Notes under the pieces: model-generated
What the model saw: only the letters and a program-made list of their open reading frames with translations
Told to the model about the DNA's origin: nothing
The model's database searches: none
Shown here: piece by piece, positions 9,739 to 20,417 of the stretch
Layout: each line of letters begins with the position of its first letter
Position numbering within the stretch: the first letter of the stretch is position 1
NCBI GenBank assembly: GCA_963739305.1
Contig: CAVTZU010000013.1
Span: 32,001-96,000 of the forward strand
Length of the DNA: 64,000 nucleotides
Reading direction: 5' to 3'
Source: Candidatus Bathyarchaeota archaeon
GTDB taxonomy: Archaea; Thermoproteota; Bathyarchaeia; Bathyarchaeales; Bathycorpusculaceae
Position numbers and translations under genes: made by a program

Positions 9739-10767
9739 CTACTCCTCTGAACCAACCTTCTCGCACTTCACATTCCTGGCCCGTTTGAAATCTCTACCGA
9801 GCCTCTCTTTCACCGACGCCACCATCAACGGGAAAACAATCGTGGCATCGCCTATTACCATAGTCTTGTCTGCCTGCCCCTTGAGTTTCCCCCAGCTCAC
9901 TGTCTCCTCCAACGTTGACCCCGAAAGGCCACCTGTCTCGGGCCTATCCATCGTTATCACAACCGCGTAATCCATCCCAGACTTCGTCGCTAGAGCTGCT
10001 GACTGAATCGTGTTCCTCGGCACTCCTCCGCCGATGACAACCATGCCGTTCTTTGAACTGCCTCGACATATGTTTATGATTTCCGGCACATCCTTGAACG
10101 CATCTACGACCAATGTGTTCTTAAACTGCCTCCGCGTCGCATGCAGATTGTAGATGTATCCAAACTCTGAATCACGCACGGCTGGAATGAAAACTGGGGC
10201 TTTCGACTCGTACGCAGCACGAAGAATAGAATCCGGGTCCTTCAATCTCTTTCCTAGCTCCCAAGCGAAATCCTTGGATGACAGCGACTTGCCCCTAAAC
10301 TCGTTTGCTATCTGATCGTAGACCTTCACGAGCTCCATGTCGAGTTTTATGAAGTCTTCCTCAGGAACGAAGACGTCGTAAATGCGGTACGTGTGATTCT
10401 TGTACAACATGTAATCGTCCGCAGCCCAGTGACCCCTGTAATGATGTCCTCCCAGAGCTTCAACAGCATCGTGAACCATGTTTGCTCCAGTTGTCACGAG
10501 AACGTCGATGAGGTTTTCTCTCAGCAAACCGGAAACAAGAGATCGCAGCCCCGCGGGAACCATGGCTCCAGCAAGGGCCAGAAACACTGTGCAGTCGTCC
10601 TCACGCAGCATTCGTTCATAAATGTTACAAGCCTCAGCGACTCTCCCAGCTCCAAAGGACCCCGAATTCTGGAATTGTCGCACAAGCTGGTCCACAGTCA
10701 ATTTGCCCTTGATCTTGATGTGCTTGACGGGCTCGCGCAGAATCTCTTTCCTCTGCATCAAATTCAC
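9739..10767 (-). CDS. dys: Deoxyhypusine synthase
   Basis: GAMVPAGLR, TTGANMVHD, IGGGVP.N, GGLSGSTLEETVSWGK with catalytic Lys. Confidence 0.93.
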   Translation of the reverse strand: MNLMQRKEILREPVKHIKIKGKLTVDQLVRQFQNSGSFGAGRVAEACNIYERMLREDDCTVFLALAGAMVPAGLRSLVSGLLRENLIDVLVTTGANMVHDAVEALGGHHYRGHWAADDYMLYKNHTYRIYDVFVPEEDFIKLDMELVKVYDQIANEFRGKSLSSKDFAWELGKRLKDPDSILRAAYESKAPVFIPAVRDSEFGYIYNLHATRRQFKNTLVVDAFKDVPEIINICRGSSKNGMVVIGGGVPRNTIQSAALATKSGMDYAVVITMDRPETGGLSGSTLEETVSWGKLKGQADKTMVIGDATIVFPLMVASVKERLGRDFKRARNVKCEKVGSEE

Positions 10768-10873
10768 GCCTAGAATTCCAATGTTTGGTTGATTAAGGAG
10801 AAATAACTTTCTGTTTTCTCTGCCTGTTCAGCTCTAGAACTTCCAGATCAACCGGTTTGTTTTGGTTGCATCG

Positions 10874-11358
10874 CTACTTGACTATCATTACTGGACAAGG
10901 CGCATTCTTTATGACTCCTTCGGTTACGCTTCCCATCAGCAGGTCTCTTATCCTGTGGGTTCCTCTTGCGCCAATAACTATCAGGTTGAACTGTCCTTCT
11001 TTCGCGGTCTTCACGATTTCCTGTGTGCTGTTGCCTTCTCTGAGTGCCGTCTCAACTCCGACGTTGTCTTTCCTAACCCTTTCTTCAGCGTCTGCAAGAA
11101 TTTTCTTTCCAGCGTCCCGCGCAGCATCAACCATCTTCGAAACTTCTGCGGAAGTAGCGATCGGAACTCCCGTTGGGTTAAGAGTGGTGGGTTCTGGTAT
11201 GACGACTGGTGTGAAGCAGTAACTGAGTAAACATGAAGCAGCGTCAGCTCACCGCTGAAGTTCCTTGCGATCTGAATCGCTATTTCAAGCGCCCTTTGTG
11301 AGTGGTCGGAACCATCCAGGGGCACTAGAATCTTCCGAAAAAGTGCCGTGGTTTCCAT
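10874..11358 (-). CDS. Universal stress protein (split by a frameshift near 11210)
   Basis: N-half KILVPLDGSDHSQRAL and C-half LIVIGARG...LLMGSVTEGVIKNAPCPVMIVK are in different frames. Confidence 0.85.
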
Positions 11359-11438
11359 GAAGGAACTAGTACGCGTTTTCAGATATAACTTTTGATTCCT
11401 TAGAAAAACCAGAGATGTCCATATTATATGTTCAATTG

Positions 11439-11717
11439 CTACAGCAGGGCAAAAGTCGTTGACCTGATTCTTCCCTTCGTGTCGATGGTAACTTCAAACC
11501 TTTCAGCCCACGGATGTCCTTCAAGGTCGATTGGACACGTGCCTCGAATCACCCAGATGTCTTTGCTCTGCTCAACCGCCGAGACGTCAACTCTTTCCGT
11601 GCTCTTTCTCCTTTTGAGGAATTCAACAGCTATTTGTTGGACTGACTCGACCGTCACACCTTTGTCTTTCACTGAATATCCTCCAGACACCTTCTCCATT
11701 ATCTCAGCAGATGACAT
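11439..11717 (-). CDS. Hypothetical protein (about 92 aa), divergent from dinB
   Basis: Compact globular-looking ORF MSSAEI...STTFALL; start trimmed to avoid overlap with dinB. Confidence 0.6.
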   Translation of the reverse strand: MSSAEIMEKVSGGYSVKDKGVTVESVQQIAVEFLKRRKSTERVDVSAVEQSKDIWVIRGTCPIDLEGHPWAERFEVTIDTKGRIRSTTFALL

Positions 11718-11771
11718 AAAAAGAGTTATGAACGGGCAATCTTTACTTGAAATAAACGTGCCTGGTAGGCA

Positions 11772-12845
11772 ATGAATGGAAAGAAGAGAATCATCTTTCA
11801 CGTTGACATGGATCACTTCTACACGGCTGTTGAAGAACGACACCGACCTGAACTCAAAGACAAACCTGTAATCGTTGGCGCTGACCCGGGAGGAGGTCGG
11901 GGCAGAGGCGTCGTCAGCACCAGTAACTATGAGGCGAGAAAGTTCGGAGTTCGATCAGGAATGCCTATCTCTCGAGCCTGGAAACTCTGTCCCCAAGGTG
12001 TATACTTACCAGTTAACATGCCGTTGTATGTCAAGGTTTCCGACAGGATTATGATGATCCTCAGAGAATACGCAGACAAATTCGAGCAATGGGGCATCGA
12101 TGAAGCTTTTCTTGACGTTACCTCTAAAGTCGATGACTATGCTGAAGCCGAGATTTTGGCACGTGAAATAAAGAAGCAGACAGTCGCGCGTGAAGGCTTG
12201 ACCTGCTCGGTAGGCATCAGTTACAACAAGCTCATCGCGAAGATTGCGAGCGAGATGCAGAAGCCTGATGGTCTGACGATAGTTAAGGAGGAGGACGCTG
12301 AAAAATTCCTTGCTTCTCTCCCAGTTCGAAGACTGCTATGGGTCGGGAAAAAGACTGAAGCGGCCCTTGGAGCAATGGGTATCGCAACGATTGGGGATCT
12401 GGCGAGCCATGATCCGAGCGAGTTGGCTGAAGCTTTCGGCGTCATGGGCAATCAACTCTATCTTATGGCTCATGGAATAGACACTAGTGAAGTTGAAGAG
12501 AGAACCGAGATCAAGTCGATCGGGCGCGACGCTACTTTTCAGGAGGATACTGATGATTTTGATTTTGTGTTGAAGACGCTGGATGATCTGGCGGAAGACG
12601 TGTACAATCAGGTCTCCAGAAATCAGTCTTACTTCAAGACTGTCACGATTAGAATCCGATACGAGAATTTCGAAACGCATACGCACGCAAGGACTTTGTC
12701 TTTCGCGACAGATCGATTGCTGGATTTGACTAAAACGGCTCGAGAGCTAATTCGACCTTATCTTAGACCTGACAGGAAGATACGGCTCGTTGGCGTTAGG
12801 GCTTCAAACTTGGTATCAGTCTTAAATCAGAAGAAACTGGCTTGA
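11772..12845 (+). CDS. dinB: DNA polymerase IV (Y family)
   Basis: HVDMDHFY..VE, VVSTSNYEARKFGVRSGMP, GIDEAFLD, KIASEMQKPDG, IRLVGVR. Confidence 0.96.
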   Translation: MNGKKRIIFHVDMDHFYTAVEERHRPELKDKPVIVGADPGGGRGRGVVSTSNYEARKFGVRSGMPISRAWKLCPQGVYLPVNMPLYVKVSDRIMMILREYADKFEQWGIDEAFLDVTSKVDDYAEAEILAREIKKQTVAREGLTCSVGISYNKLIAKIASEMQKPDGLTIVKEEDAEKFLASLPVRRLLWVGKKTEAALGAMGIATIGDLASHDPSELAEAFGVMGNQLYLMAHGIDTSEVEERTEIKSIGRDATFQEDTDDFDFVLKTLDDLAEDVYNQVSRNQSYFKTVTIRIRYENFETHTHARTLSFATDRLLDLTKTARELIRPYLRPDRKIRLVGVRASNLVSVLNQKKLA

Positions 12846-12924
12846 TTTGTTGGTTTCAAGCATGGCCTGTGAAAAATGGTTATTAGTCAGTCACGTGAAA
12901 TCTGTCTTCGTCGTGAGCTCGTGA

Positions 12925-14505
12925 ATGCGGGAAAAGGCGATGGCGGCAAAATCCGGAGTCAAGGTTGTACTTACGGCTTCAGCCACTGAAATGAGTGATT
13001 TCCTTAACAACCCGTTTGTCGCGTTTGCAGGCGGTTTTGCGAAGGGTCCAGTGCCGCTTTGGTTCCTGAGAAGAGCCTTGTATCCCCCTGCTGGGCAGAA
13101 CAATGGTGTTGGCCGGGCGAGGGTTGCGCCTTACGGGCTGAGAAAAGTTGAATCCTTACTCCTTGAAAACGGTTTTGATGAGTCGGAAGTGGCAGTGGTT
13201 CATCCAAAAGATCTAGATAGTTTTGTCGGTCCCCAGACAAAGGTCGTCGGCATTTCTTCTATGGATCCTACAGGCATGGCCTACGTTAGCAAAACTTATT
13301 CTTCTATAGTGGGCGGCGGTGAACCGTTGAACGCCATTGAGTTCAAGAAGCTTGTTGGCCACAGGGCTATTCGGACATATCGGCCCAAGGTGATCGTAGG
13401 AGGTTTTGGATCCTGGCAACTGGAAAGAAAGCGTGTGTCTGACAGCTACGGGGTCGATTGCGTGGTGATCGGAGAGGGAGAAACAGTTGTCAGCAAAGTT
13501 TTCAAAGCCGCAGTGAATGGGGAACCTATTCCCCGTGTTGTCCGGGCCACAGGTTACGCGAACTATGATTGCGTACCGTTGATTAGACATCCGGCCATTC
13601 ATGGATGTGTTGAGATTTCTCGAGGTTGCGGCCGTAACTGTCAGTTCTGCACGCCTACAATGCAGAAAAGGCGAGACGTTCCACTTGAAAAAATCATCAA
13701 AGAAGTGGAAGTTAACGCCAGGGAGAGCAGTTCCCGCATCACCTTGGTTACTGAAGATCTTTTCCTGTACGGTATGAAGGACCCGCGTTTTGTTCCTAAC
13801 AGGAAAGCCATATTGAATTTGGTGAAGAGTGTGGCTTCGGTTCCTGGCGTCAAAGGGATACAGCCATCGCACAGTTCTTTGGCCCCGGTGGTCGCTGACC
13901 CTGGGTTGGTTGAGGAAGTTGCTGAGATTCTGATTGAACACAATTGGTACTTTCACGGGTCGAAGCCAATCGTTACTTCTGAGATCGGGTTGGAGACGGG
14001 CAGTGTTCGATTAGTGCGGAAGTACATGGTGGAGAAGATGCTTCCCTTTAAACCTGAGGAGTGGAGGAGCGTTGTCACCCGAGCCTTTGGAATCATGAAT
14101 GACGTTGACTGGTACCCACTTGTGACTCTGATCATCGGGTTGCCTGATGAAGGTGAAGCGGATGTGCTGGAGACGCTGAGTTTGATGGATGAACTGCATG
14201 ACTACAACGCATTCTATGTGCCGTTGTTCTTCGTGCCGCTAGAGAATTGCCGGCTGGTGCACAATCGGGGGACCGAGTTGGATTCGCTTACCAAGGCGAG
14301 ATGGGAGTTGTTCACGCGTTGTTGGGAGTACAACGTACGGATTTGGGGGGACACGTTTCTGGAACACAGGATTCCAAGCCCGTTGCTGTTCAAGTTTGTT
14401 AAGCACGTGGCTATTCCGTTTGGAGGAAAAGTGGCCAGCTTTTACTATGGGATGAAGCATGGGGACGAGCTCGAGAAGGCCGTTTGGAGAATGGCCAATG
14501 CGTGA
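12925..14505 (+). CDS. Radical SAM protein with B12-binding-like N-terminal domain
   Basis: APYGLRKVES, EISRGCGRNCQFC, GLETGS. Confidence 0.88.
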   Translation: MREKAMAAKSGVKVVLTASATEMSDFLNNPFVAFAGGFAKGPVPLWFLRRALYPPAGQNNGVGRARVAPYGLRKVESLLLENGFDESEVAVVHPKDLDSFVGPQTKVVGISSMDPTGMAYVSKTYSSIVGGGEPLNAIEFKKLVGHRAIRTYRPKVIVGGFGSWQLERKRVSDSYGVDCVVIGEGETVVSKVFKAAVNGEPIPRVVRATGYANYDCVPLIRHPAIHGCVEISRGCGRNCQFCTPTMQKRRDVPLEKIIKEVEVNARESSSRITLVTEDLFLYGMKDPRFVPNRKAILNLVKSVASVPGVKGIQPSHSSLAPVVADPGLVEEVAEILIEHNWYFHGSKPIVTSEIGLETGSVRLVRKYMVEKMLPFKPEEWRSVVTRAFGIMNDVDWYPLVTLIIGLPDEGEADVLETLSLMDELHDYNAFYVPLFFVPLENCRLVHNRGTELDSLTKARWELFTRCWEYNVRIWGDTFLEHRIPSPLLFKFVKHVAIPFGGKVASFYYGMKHGDELEKAVWRMANA

Positions 14506-14622
14506 CGTTTTTCTATTTTTTTCTCGAGTTTTGGTGACTTGATCGCCTCAACTTCGTGTCTGATGTGGCACGTTTTCTCTGTCGGTTATTCAGTGGGCAA
14601 ATTAGCGTGTTGAAAAGCCCTT

Positions 14623-14898
14623 TCATATTTCCGGGTATTTTTCCCTTATTTTTTGATCAGCGATCTTTGCGATCATGCCGTTGGATATGAGAACGTGTTT
14701 TACGCCTTTCAGTTCTGCGAGTTCTGAGGGTTTCTGGTCTTGCGTCACAAGCAGAAAATTGTGTTTTTGGGCGTATTCAACTATTTCTTTGTCTTTTGCG
14801 CCTTTGAGGCCGACTTCTTGGGCGGTCTGTGCTTCCCAGCCTAGGGTCTCGAAGTACTCTTTCAACCCTGCGTACATTTCGTCGAGAAGGAGTTTCAA
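14623..14898 (-). CDS. DUF5615 / Mut7-C-like PIN-domain protein
   Basis: MKLLLDEM...G.KD.EI..YA......LVTQD. Confidence 0.78.
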   Translation of the reverse strand: MKLLLDEMYAGLKEYFETLGWEAQTAQEVGLKGAKDKEIVEYAQKHNFLLVTQDQKPSELAELKGVKHVLISNGMIAKIADQKIREKYPEI

Positions 14899-15026
14899 CG
14901 TGCTTTTCCTCTTTCTTAGTTTGAGCGATTGCGTATTTAGGTGCTTCTCAGGCTCGTCTCGGTGTTCTTTGGGCTCTCAATTGGGTTTTTTCAGAAAGAC
15001 ATAAATCTTGTGGAGAAAATCGTTTT

Positions 15027-15809
15027 TTGATGTCCTTGTTTGGTGTCCCTGGGCGATTCTTGGTATTCTTGCTATTCTTGTTTTTGATCTTAGGTCTCTC
15101 TAGGCCGGTGGATGCGGGCGTCAGTGTTGTCTCAGGCCAGTTCTTTCGTTATGGTGTTTCTGAGACGAGTTTGACTGGGAACGACACGCAACTGATTGCT
15201 CAGTTGAAGGAGGGAGCCTATTGGATCAACTTGACGGTTGCGTCTGTTTCGGGTAACTCTTTGACGGTTAATGCTGTGAGTTATAATTCAACGTTTGTTT
15301 CGGACAGTTCGACGATGCAGTTTAATCCTGTCACGGGTGAAACTGTGCCGAGTGGGGGTCAACGCTTTTTTGTTCCAGGCAACTTGGGAGCGGGTGACGG
15401 AGTGAGTTTTGTGTATCCTGAGAATCGGACTTTGACGTTGAACGAGACGTTTTGGGCGAAGCGTTTGGGGGTTTGGATGCAGACGAATCATCTTGGTTAT
15501 GATGCAGTGAATGTTAACGTTAATTTTACTGGTGTGGTAGCGAATGTGAGTACTTCTTTGAATTATTATTGGGAGAAGGGAACCGGGGTTCTTGTTGACT
15601 TCAATTATACTGCGAGCAGTAATCGTACGGTTAGCGGTGATCTGCTCGTGCTCGGTCAGAGTGTCGACCTTGAGATTTTGTCGGCGTACCCTATGATTCC
15701 TGAGTTCGGTTCTCTTTTCTACGTGCTTCTTGCTGTGATGGGAACGGTTTCGATTGTTTATGTGTCTAGGCGTTGGGAGCGTTCTCGAACGATTCGGAGA
15801 AAAGGTTGA
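15027..15809 (+). CDS. Secreted surface protein with PEF-CTERM-like sorting signal
   Basis: Signal peptide, many N-x-S/T sequons, YYWEKGTGVL, C-terminal IPEFG + TM helix + basic tail. Confidence 0.75.
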   Translation: MMSLFGVPGRFLVFLLFLFLILGLSRPVDAGVSVVSGQFFRYGVSETSLTGNDTQLIAQLKEGAYWINLTVASVSGNSLTVNAVSYNSTFVSDSSTMQFNPVTGETVPSGGQRFFVPGNLGAGDGVSFVYPENRTLTLNETFWAKRLGVWMQTNHLGYDAVNVNVNFTGVVANVSTSLNYYWEKGTGVLVDFNYTASSNRTVSGDLLVLGQSVDLEILSAYPMIPEFGSLFYVLLAVMGTVSIVYVSRRWERSRTIRRKG

Positions 15810-16000
15810 GGGCCTACTCAACATGGATTTTGACAAAAAAACAGTCTAAAACACCCTACCCCCCGGGCTTTTTTTCTTGTGCAGTGCCGTTTGCGTGGTC
15901 TTGGTTGGGGCTTGTTTTGGTTCTTTGGGTGGTTTTTGCGCTGTTTTGAATGTTGAAGTTGGTCGTGTGTCATGTTGAGTTCAGTGCGCGCGTTGTGTTG

Positions 16001-16078
16001 TGGTGGGCCCGAAGGGATTCGAACCCTTGACCAACAGGTTATGAGCCTGGCGCTCTAACCTAGCTGAGCTACGGGCCC
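16001..16078 (-). tRNA. tRNA with CAT anticodon, most likely tRNA-Ile2
   Basis: GGGCCCG acceptor stem typical of archaeal Ile tRNAs, loop CTCATAA, encoded CCA; lacks the initiator A1:U72. Confidence 0.88.
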
Positions 16079-16187
16079 GGGTTTGATCCAGTTTAGTATG
16101 CTGTTTTGAATTCAATTTAAACGTTTTCTGCGTTCAGATAGACTTAGGTAAGTCTTCGCTATGCTTGTGCAGTTCATGCGACTTGGG

Positions 16188-17147
16188 CTAGCGTTCTTTT
16201 CTCGAATTCATTCGCTCATAGTGATACAAGTATTCTTGGGCATAGCCTGCATACTTGCCGAAGTATTCTCGTCCAAACCTGTTTAACTGCTTGTATTGGG
16301 ATTCGCTGAGCGATTCTTCTGTGGAAATTCTTGTTACGAATTTCTTTGGAAAGTGCGATGCATAGTGTCTGAGCATTACCCGCCTCATCCACACGTCAAC
16401 TGGGAACGCCTCTAGTTTTCCTAGGCCAAAAAGAAGCACGCAGTCTGCCACCTTCGGGCCTACTCCGGGGAACTGGAGTAGAAATGCTCTAGCGTCATCA
16501 TAAGTTGCCTCCTTCAGGCTGTCAAGGTCATAACTGTTTTCGAAGACTTTTTTTGAAGTCTTCAAGACATATTCGGCTCGGTAACCGAGCTCGCATTTTC
16601 TGAGGTCGCTAATTGACGCGTTGGCAAGCTTTTTGGGAATTGGAAACGTGAAGAAATCTTGGTTTTCAGTGCGGATTCTCTCTCCGAATTGTCTTGATAG
16701 GTTATGCAACATCCTTTTTATTGATGCGATGTTCTTGTAGGTTGCACAGATGTATGATATCAGTGATTCCCAGGGGTCTTGACGCAGAATTCGGAGACCT
16801 CTAAATTGCTCAACAGCAGCTCTAATGTGTCGATCACTGCTGATTTCAGAATAGATCTTCACCAGATCGTCCGTTAAACCTAGAAAAGTCATCGCAGCGT
16901 CCTTGCTAGCGCCATAGAACTCTACCGATTCATTTTCTTGCCGGATCTTGACTGAATTTTCTCCAATTGCGCCATGCCACCATTCGCCTTCCCTGTCCCA
17001 CCTGAAAGTCTGACCGCAACAAAGAGTCAAGTCTAAGTCAAAGGGACACGCCTTTTCCAGGTGAACTATCATTAGTCTCAAGTCTTCCATTCTTGTACGT
17101 GGTTCTAATCTTTGTTGGTTTCGGTGGAATCCATTGTTACGGTACAC
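16188..17147 (-). CDS. ogg1: 8-oxoguanine DNA glycosylase (OGG1-type HhH-GPD)
   Basis: TL.CGQTFRW, LRILRQDPWESLISYI, LGYRA, FPGVGPKVADCVLLF, AFPVDVW, YAGYAQEYL; real start probably downstream (about 17090). Confidence 0.9.
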   Translation of the reverse strand: MYRNNGFHRNQQRLEPRTRMEDLRLMIVHLEKACPFDLDLTLCCGQTFRWDREGEWWHGAIGENSVKIRQENESVEFYGASKDAAMTFLGLTDDLVKIYSEISSDRHIRAAVEQFRGLRILRQDPWESLISYICATYKNIASIKRMLHNLSRQFGERIRTENQDFFTFPIPKKLANASISDLRKCELGYRAEYVLKTSKKVFENSYDLDSLKEATYDDARAFLLQFPGVGPKVADCVLLFGLGKLEAFPVDVWMRRVMLRHYASHFPKKFVTRISTEESLSESQYKQLNRFGREYFGKYAGYAQEYLYHYERMNSRKER

Positions 17148-17235
17148 GGGTAGACAGACATGCTTATTTTCGTCGGCTCCTATCTTCTAAATTAGATGTG
17201 AGGTCTGATGATGAACCTGAATCGAGGGCGTTCTC

Positions 17236-17742
17236 ATGGGCGCTGAACAGTCTTCCAAGAGCGCGGTCAAAACTGGAGATCGCGCCCCAGATTTTTCGCT
17301 TCCCGATCAGAACGGGCAGATGGTCAGTTTGAAAGATCTTATCAGCAAAAAGATCGTGGTTCTATATTTCTATCCAGCCGATTTTTCGCGAGGCTGCACG
17401 GCTGAAGCATGTTCTTTCAGAGACAGCTATGAAGTGTTCAAGGAAGCTGGTGCTGAAGTTGTCGGTGTAAGTTCACAATCTGTAGATTCACACCGAAGAT
17501 TTGCTGCAGAGAACACACTTCCGTTTATCCTTTTGAGCGACAAGAATGGCGAAGTTAGAAAGCTCTATGGAGTTTCATCAACGCTGGGATTGATTCCGGG
17601 AAGAGTCACATACATTATCGACAAGAATGGCATCGTCAGACATGTGTTCTCGTCGCAGTTGAATCCCACCAAGCACGTTGGGGAAGCTTTACAAATATTG
17701 AAAGAGATTGGTAACCAGCCAAGTGACGTTAAGGAAGGTTGA
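17236..17742 (+). CDS. bcp: Peroxiredoxin, BCP/PrxQ family
   Basis: APDFSLPDQ, VLYFYPADFSRGCTAEACSFRD. Confidence 0.92.
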   Translation: MGAEQSSKSAVKTGDRAPDFSLPDQNGQMVSLKDLISKKIVVLYFYPADFSRGCTAEACSFRDSYEVFKEAGAEVVGVSSQSVDSHRRFAAENTLPFILLSDKNGEVRKLYGVSSTLGLIPGRVTYIIDKNGIVRHVFSSQLNPTKHVGEALQILKEIGNQPSDVKEG

Positions 17743-18176
17743 GTGGAAAAATGGAAGAGTTTCCTGAGAGGAAAGTTCTGAAGGATTTGCTTGCCAAGCT
17801 TAAGAGTCATACTATCGCGTCTGAAGAGGAACTTAGGAAAGAGGAAGAGCGATTTATAAAGCGCTTTGAGGAGTCGCATGAGAGGCTGAAGCTTTTGGCG
17901 AAAAAATGTGAAACGCAGCCCACTACAACGGACGCGGTCGACGCTTTTTCAGAAGTAATTTATCGAATGGATCTGCTTGCAGAAGACTTTGCGAAGAGCG
18001 TTCATAGAAACAACGAGAACGTGCAGTTTTACATCGATGCCCTTGAGGAATACTCGGCTGAACTTGACGGAACTCTGACAGAGATTTTTGAACGTGCGAG
18101 GAAAGATGCTGAGGAGCAAATAAAGCAGCAAGAGGAATTGAGGAAGAGAACGTCGCCTGAATCGTACACTGCATGA
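17739..18176 (+). CDS. Hypothetical coiled-coil protein
   Basis: E/K-rich heptads; overlaps the bcp stop. Confidence 0.65.
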   Translation: MSGKMEEFPERKVLKDLLAKLKSHTIASEEELRKEEERFIKRFEESHERLKLLAKKCETQPTTTDAVDAFSEVIYRMDLLAEDFAKSVHRNNENVQFYIDALEEYSAELDGTLTEIFERARKDAEEQIKQQEELRKRTSPESYTA

Positions 18177-18218
18177 CACTTTCCGGTGCAATTCCTGAGA
18201 ATTTCTTGTCTCACGAAG

Positions 18219-20417
18219 CTATGAGCAAATTTCATCGACGAAGGTTTCCGGCCTCGGGACATCCTGTGGTAGCCCTTTCTTTTTGCGAAGTTCCAGTATG
18301 GATTCACTTGCGAGTTTGTCGGGCATTCTCTCCCAATGGTCAAAAACAAGTTCCCAGAAAGCATGTCCCGAGGTTGCAGAACGCATTTCAGCAGACAACT
18401 CAAACGCCTTTGCAACGGGAATGTATCCCACAACGTTGACTGAACTTCCTCGTTGTTCTTTCGAAACTATTTTGCCCCGTCTATGAATTATAAGGTTAGA
18501 ACAAGCGCCAAGCCACTCGATCGGCACGGAAACTTCGAGCCTGAATATCGGCTGCAGAAGCACTGGTTTTGCAGTTAGGAAAGAACCCAGAATTGCTCGG
18601 CTTATCCCTCGTTCAATCTGCGGGGGTTCCTTGTTTTTCTGGTCTGGGTTCAAGATGGCCTTAACGAGGACGATTTTCGTGCCTCTTAATGGCTGCTCGC
18701 AGAGAGGTCCAGTTCGGCACGCCCAATGAAAACCTGACAGTATGCCATCTGCCACATCAGTTCGTACGTTTTTGTTTCCAGTTGAATCCACCAGAACATT
18801 GACATGCTCATCGAAAGCCCAGACTTCTTGGTCTATTAGGCCAGAGACACTTGTCTTCAACCTATCTGGACTTGAAACTCCGTTCTTTTCGATAAACTCA
18901 ATTGCCCTGTCTTCAAGTGGTTCGACCTGAACCCAAAATTCGTTTAGTCGATTAGGACTCGCAGCCATCACAAGAGAGCCTTTCTTTGAAATCGCTTCTC
19001 TGTAACTTGCAATGGGTTTACCAACCTTCAGTTCTATCCCGTCGTTGTATTGTTTCAGGAAATTCACGGCCACTTCCAGGTGAAGTTCTCCCAGACCGCT
19101 GATAAGATATTGACCAGTTTCTCTGTCAACTGAGGTTTTAAGGTCTGAGTCCTCAATTTCAAGACTTTTCAAAGCTTCAATTAGGCATTCCAAGTCTTTT
19201 GGGTTTCTCGGTTCAACTGCAACAGTCATGATCGGCCTAGGAATATGCCTAAAACCCTCTAAAGCGACTTCCAAGCCTTTGCACTGAGCATCAATGACCG
19301 TTTCTCCAACCCTTACGAATGTTAACCCTGTCACCGCGGCTATGTTTCCGGCAGGTATCTCATTTGCAGTTTCTCTGATTGAACTCATGTAAAAAGAAAC
19401 TTTTTGCAACCGACTTCTTTCCTTAGCATTAACACCATAAATCATCTGCCCTTGTTTCACAGTGCCGGAGAACAATCGCCCCGTAGCGACCAAGCCCTCG
19501 TCTGGAAATGATTTGACGGCGGTAATGCACATCACCATCGGTCCATTATCGTCGCATCTCATCATCGCTTTGCCAACTTCTGAAGTCAATGGGCCCTTCC
19601 AAATCTTCGGAATGCGATACTTCTGACTATCAACAGGGCTTGGAATGTTCTTTGCCACCATTTCAAGTATCGCCTTTTGGAGAGGAACGGCACGTGAAAG
19701 CTGTTCAAAATTCCCTTTTCTCCAAAATTCCATTTTGGCGGAATCATCGAATCTTATTCCTTTGCTTTCAGCTTCATCCGTAGTGAAGCCCCATCTGTGA
19801 AGTGCTGAACCGAAGACAACGCTTCCTTTTCTAGGATAAACTTTCCATTTTCGTTTGAATTCAGGTTCGCCGTGGATTTCAATGATGTTGTTGAAGTCAT
19901 TGATTATGTGAATGAACTTCTGTCGGATCTCGCCCGAACTTAGTCTCAGTTCTTGTATCAAGCGGTCGACCTTGTTTATGAAAAGCACTGGTTTAACCCG
20001 TTCTTCGAGGGCTTGGCGCGTAACGGTTTCGGTCTGAGCCATAATCTCTTCAACAGCGTCAACAACAACGATCGCTCCGTCAATTGCGCGCAAGGCTCTT
20101 GTCACTTTGCCCACGAAGTCCACGTGGCCGGGAGTATCAACCAGGTTGATCAAGTAAGTCTCTTTGCCCATTCTGTGCAGAAACGATATGTTCGCTGTCT
20201 TGATGGTTATGCCCCGTTTCTGTTCCTCTTGAAGATAATCCAGCACCCGCGGTGAACCAGCAATCCGAGGTGGCAGAAGTCCAGCTTCAATCAGAAGCGA
20301 GTCCGTCAAGGTTGTTTTTCCATGGTCGATATGGGCGATTACGCCGACGTTTCGAACGAGTTCCTTTCTATGCATAAGCTTGAGAATTTCTGACGTCTGG
20401 TGAAACTTGGGCATCAT
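18219..20417 (-). CDS. fusA: Elongation factor 2 family GTPase, divergent paralogue (aEF-2p) lacking the HRG diphthamide motif
   Basis: AHIDHGKTT, RGITIK, DTPGHVDF, NKVD, GLGELHLE; domain IV loop reads NPDQKNKEPPQ instead of HEDxxHRGPAQ. Confidence 0.9.
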   Translation of the reverse strand: MMPKFHQTSEILKLMHRKELVRNVGVIAHIDHGKTTLTDSLLIEAGLLPPRIAGSPRVLDYLQEEQKRGITIKTANISFLHRMGKETYLINLVDTPGHVDFVGKVTRALRAIDGAIVVVDAVEEIMAQTETVTRQALEERVKPVLFINKVDRLIQELRLSSGEIRQKFIHIINDFNNIIEIHGEPEFKRKWKVYPRKGSVVFGSALHRWGFTTDEAESKGIRFDDSAKMEFWRKGNFEQLSRAVPLQKAILEMVAKNIPSPVDSQKYRIPKIWKGPLTSEVGKAMMRCDDNGPMVMCITAVKSFPDEGLVATGRLFSGTVKQGQMIYGVNAKERSRLQKVSFYMSSIRETANEIPAGNIAAVTGLTFVRVGETVIDAQCKGLEVALEGFRHIPRPIMTVAVEPRNPKDLECLIEALKSLEIEDSDLKTSVDRETGQYLISGLGELHLEVAVNFLKQYNDGIELKVGKPIASYREAISKKGSLVMAASPNRLNEFWVQVEPLEDRAIEFIEKNGVSSPDRLKTSVSGLIDQEVWAFDEHVNVLVDSTGNKNVRTDVADGILSGFHWACRTGPLCEQPLRGTKIVLVKAILNPDQKNKEPPQIERGISRAILGSFLTAKPVLLQPIFRLEVSVPIEWLGACSNLIIHRRGKIVSKEQRGSSVNVVGYIPVAKAFELSAEMRSATSGHAFWELVFDHWERMPDKLASESILELRKKKGLPQDVPRPETFVDEICS

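Noticed and set aside
16001-16078. tRNA-Met call for the CAT tRNA
   Set aside because: Acceptor stem is Ile-type and initiator features are missing; Ile2 preferred, though not certain.
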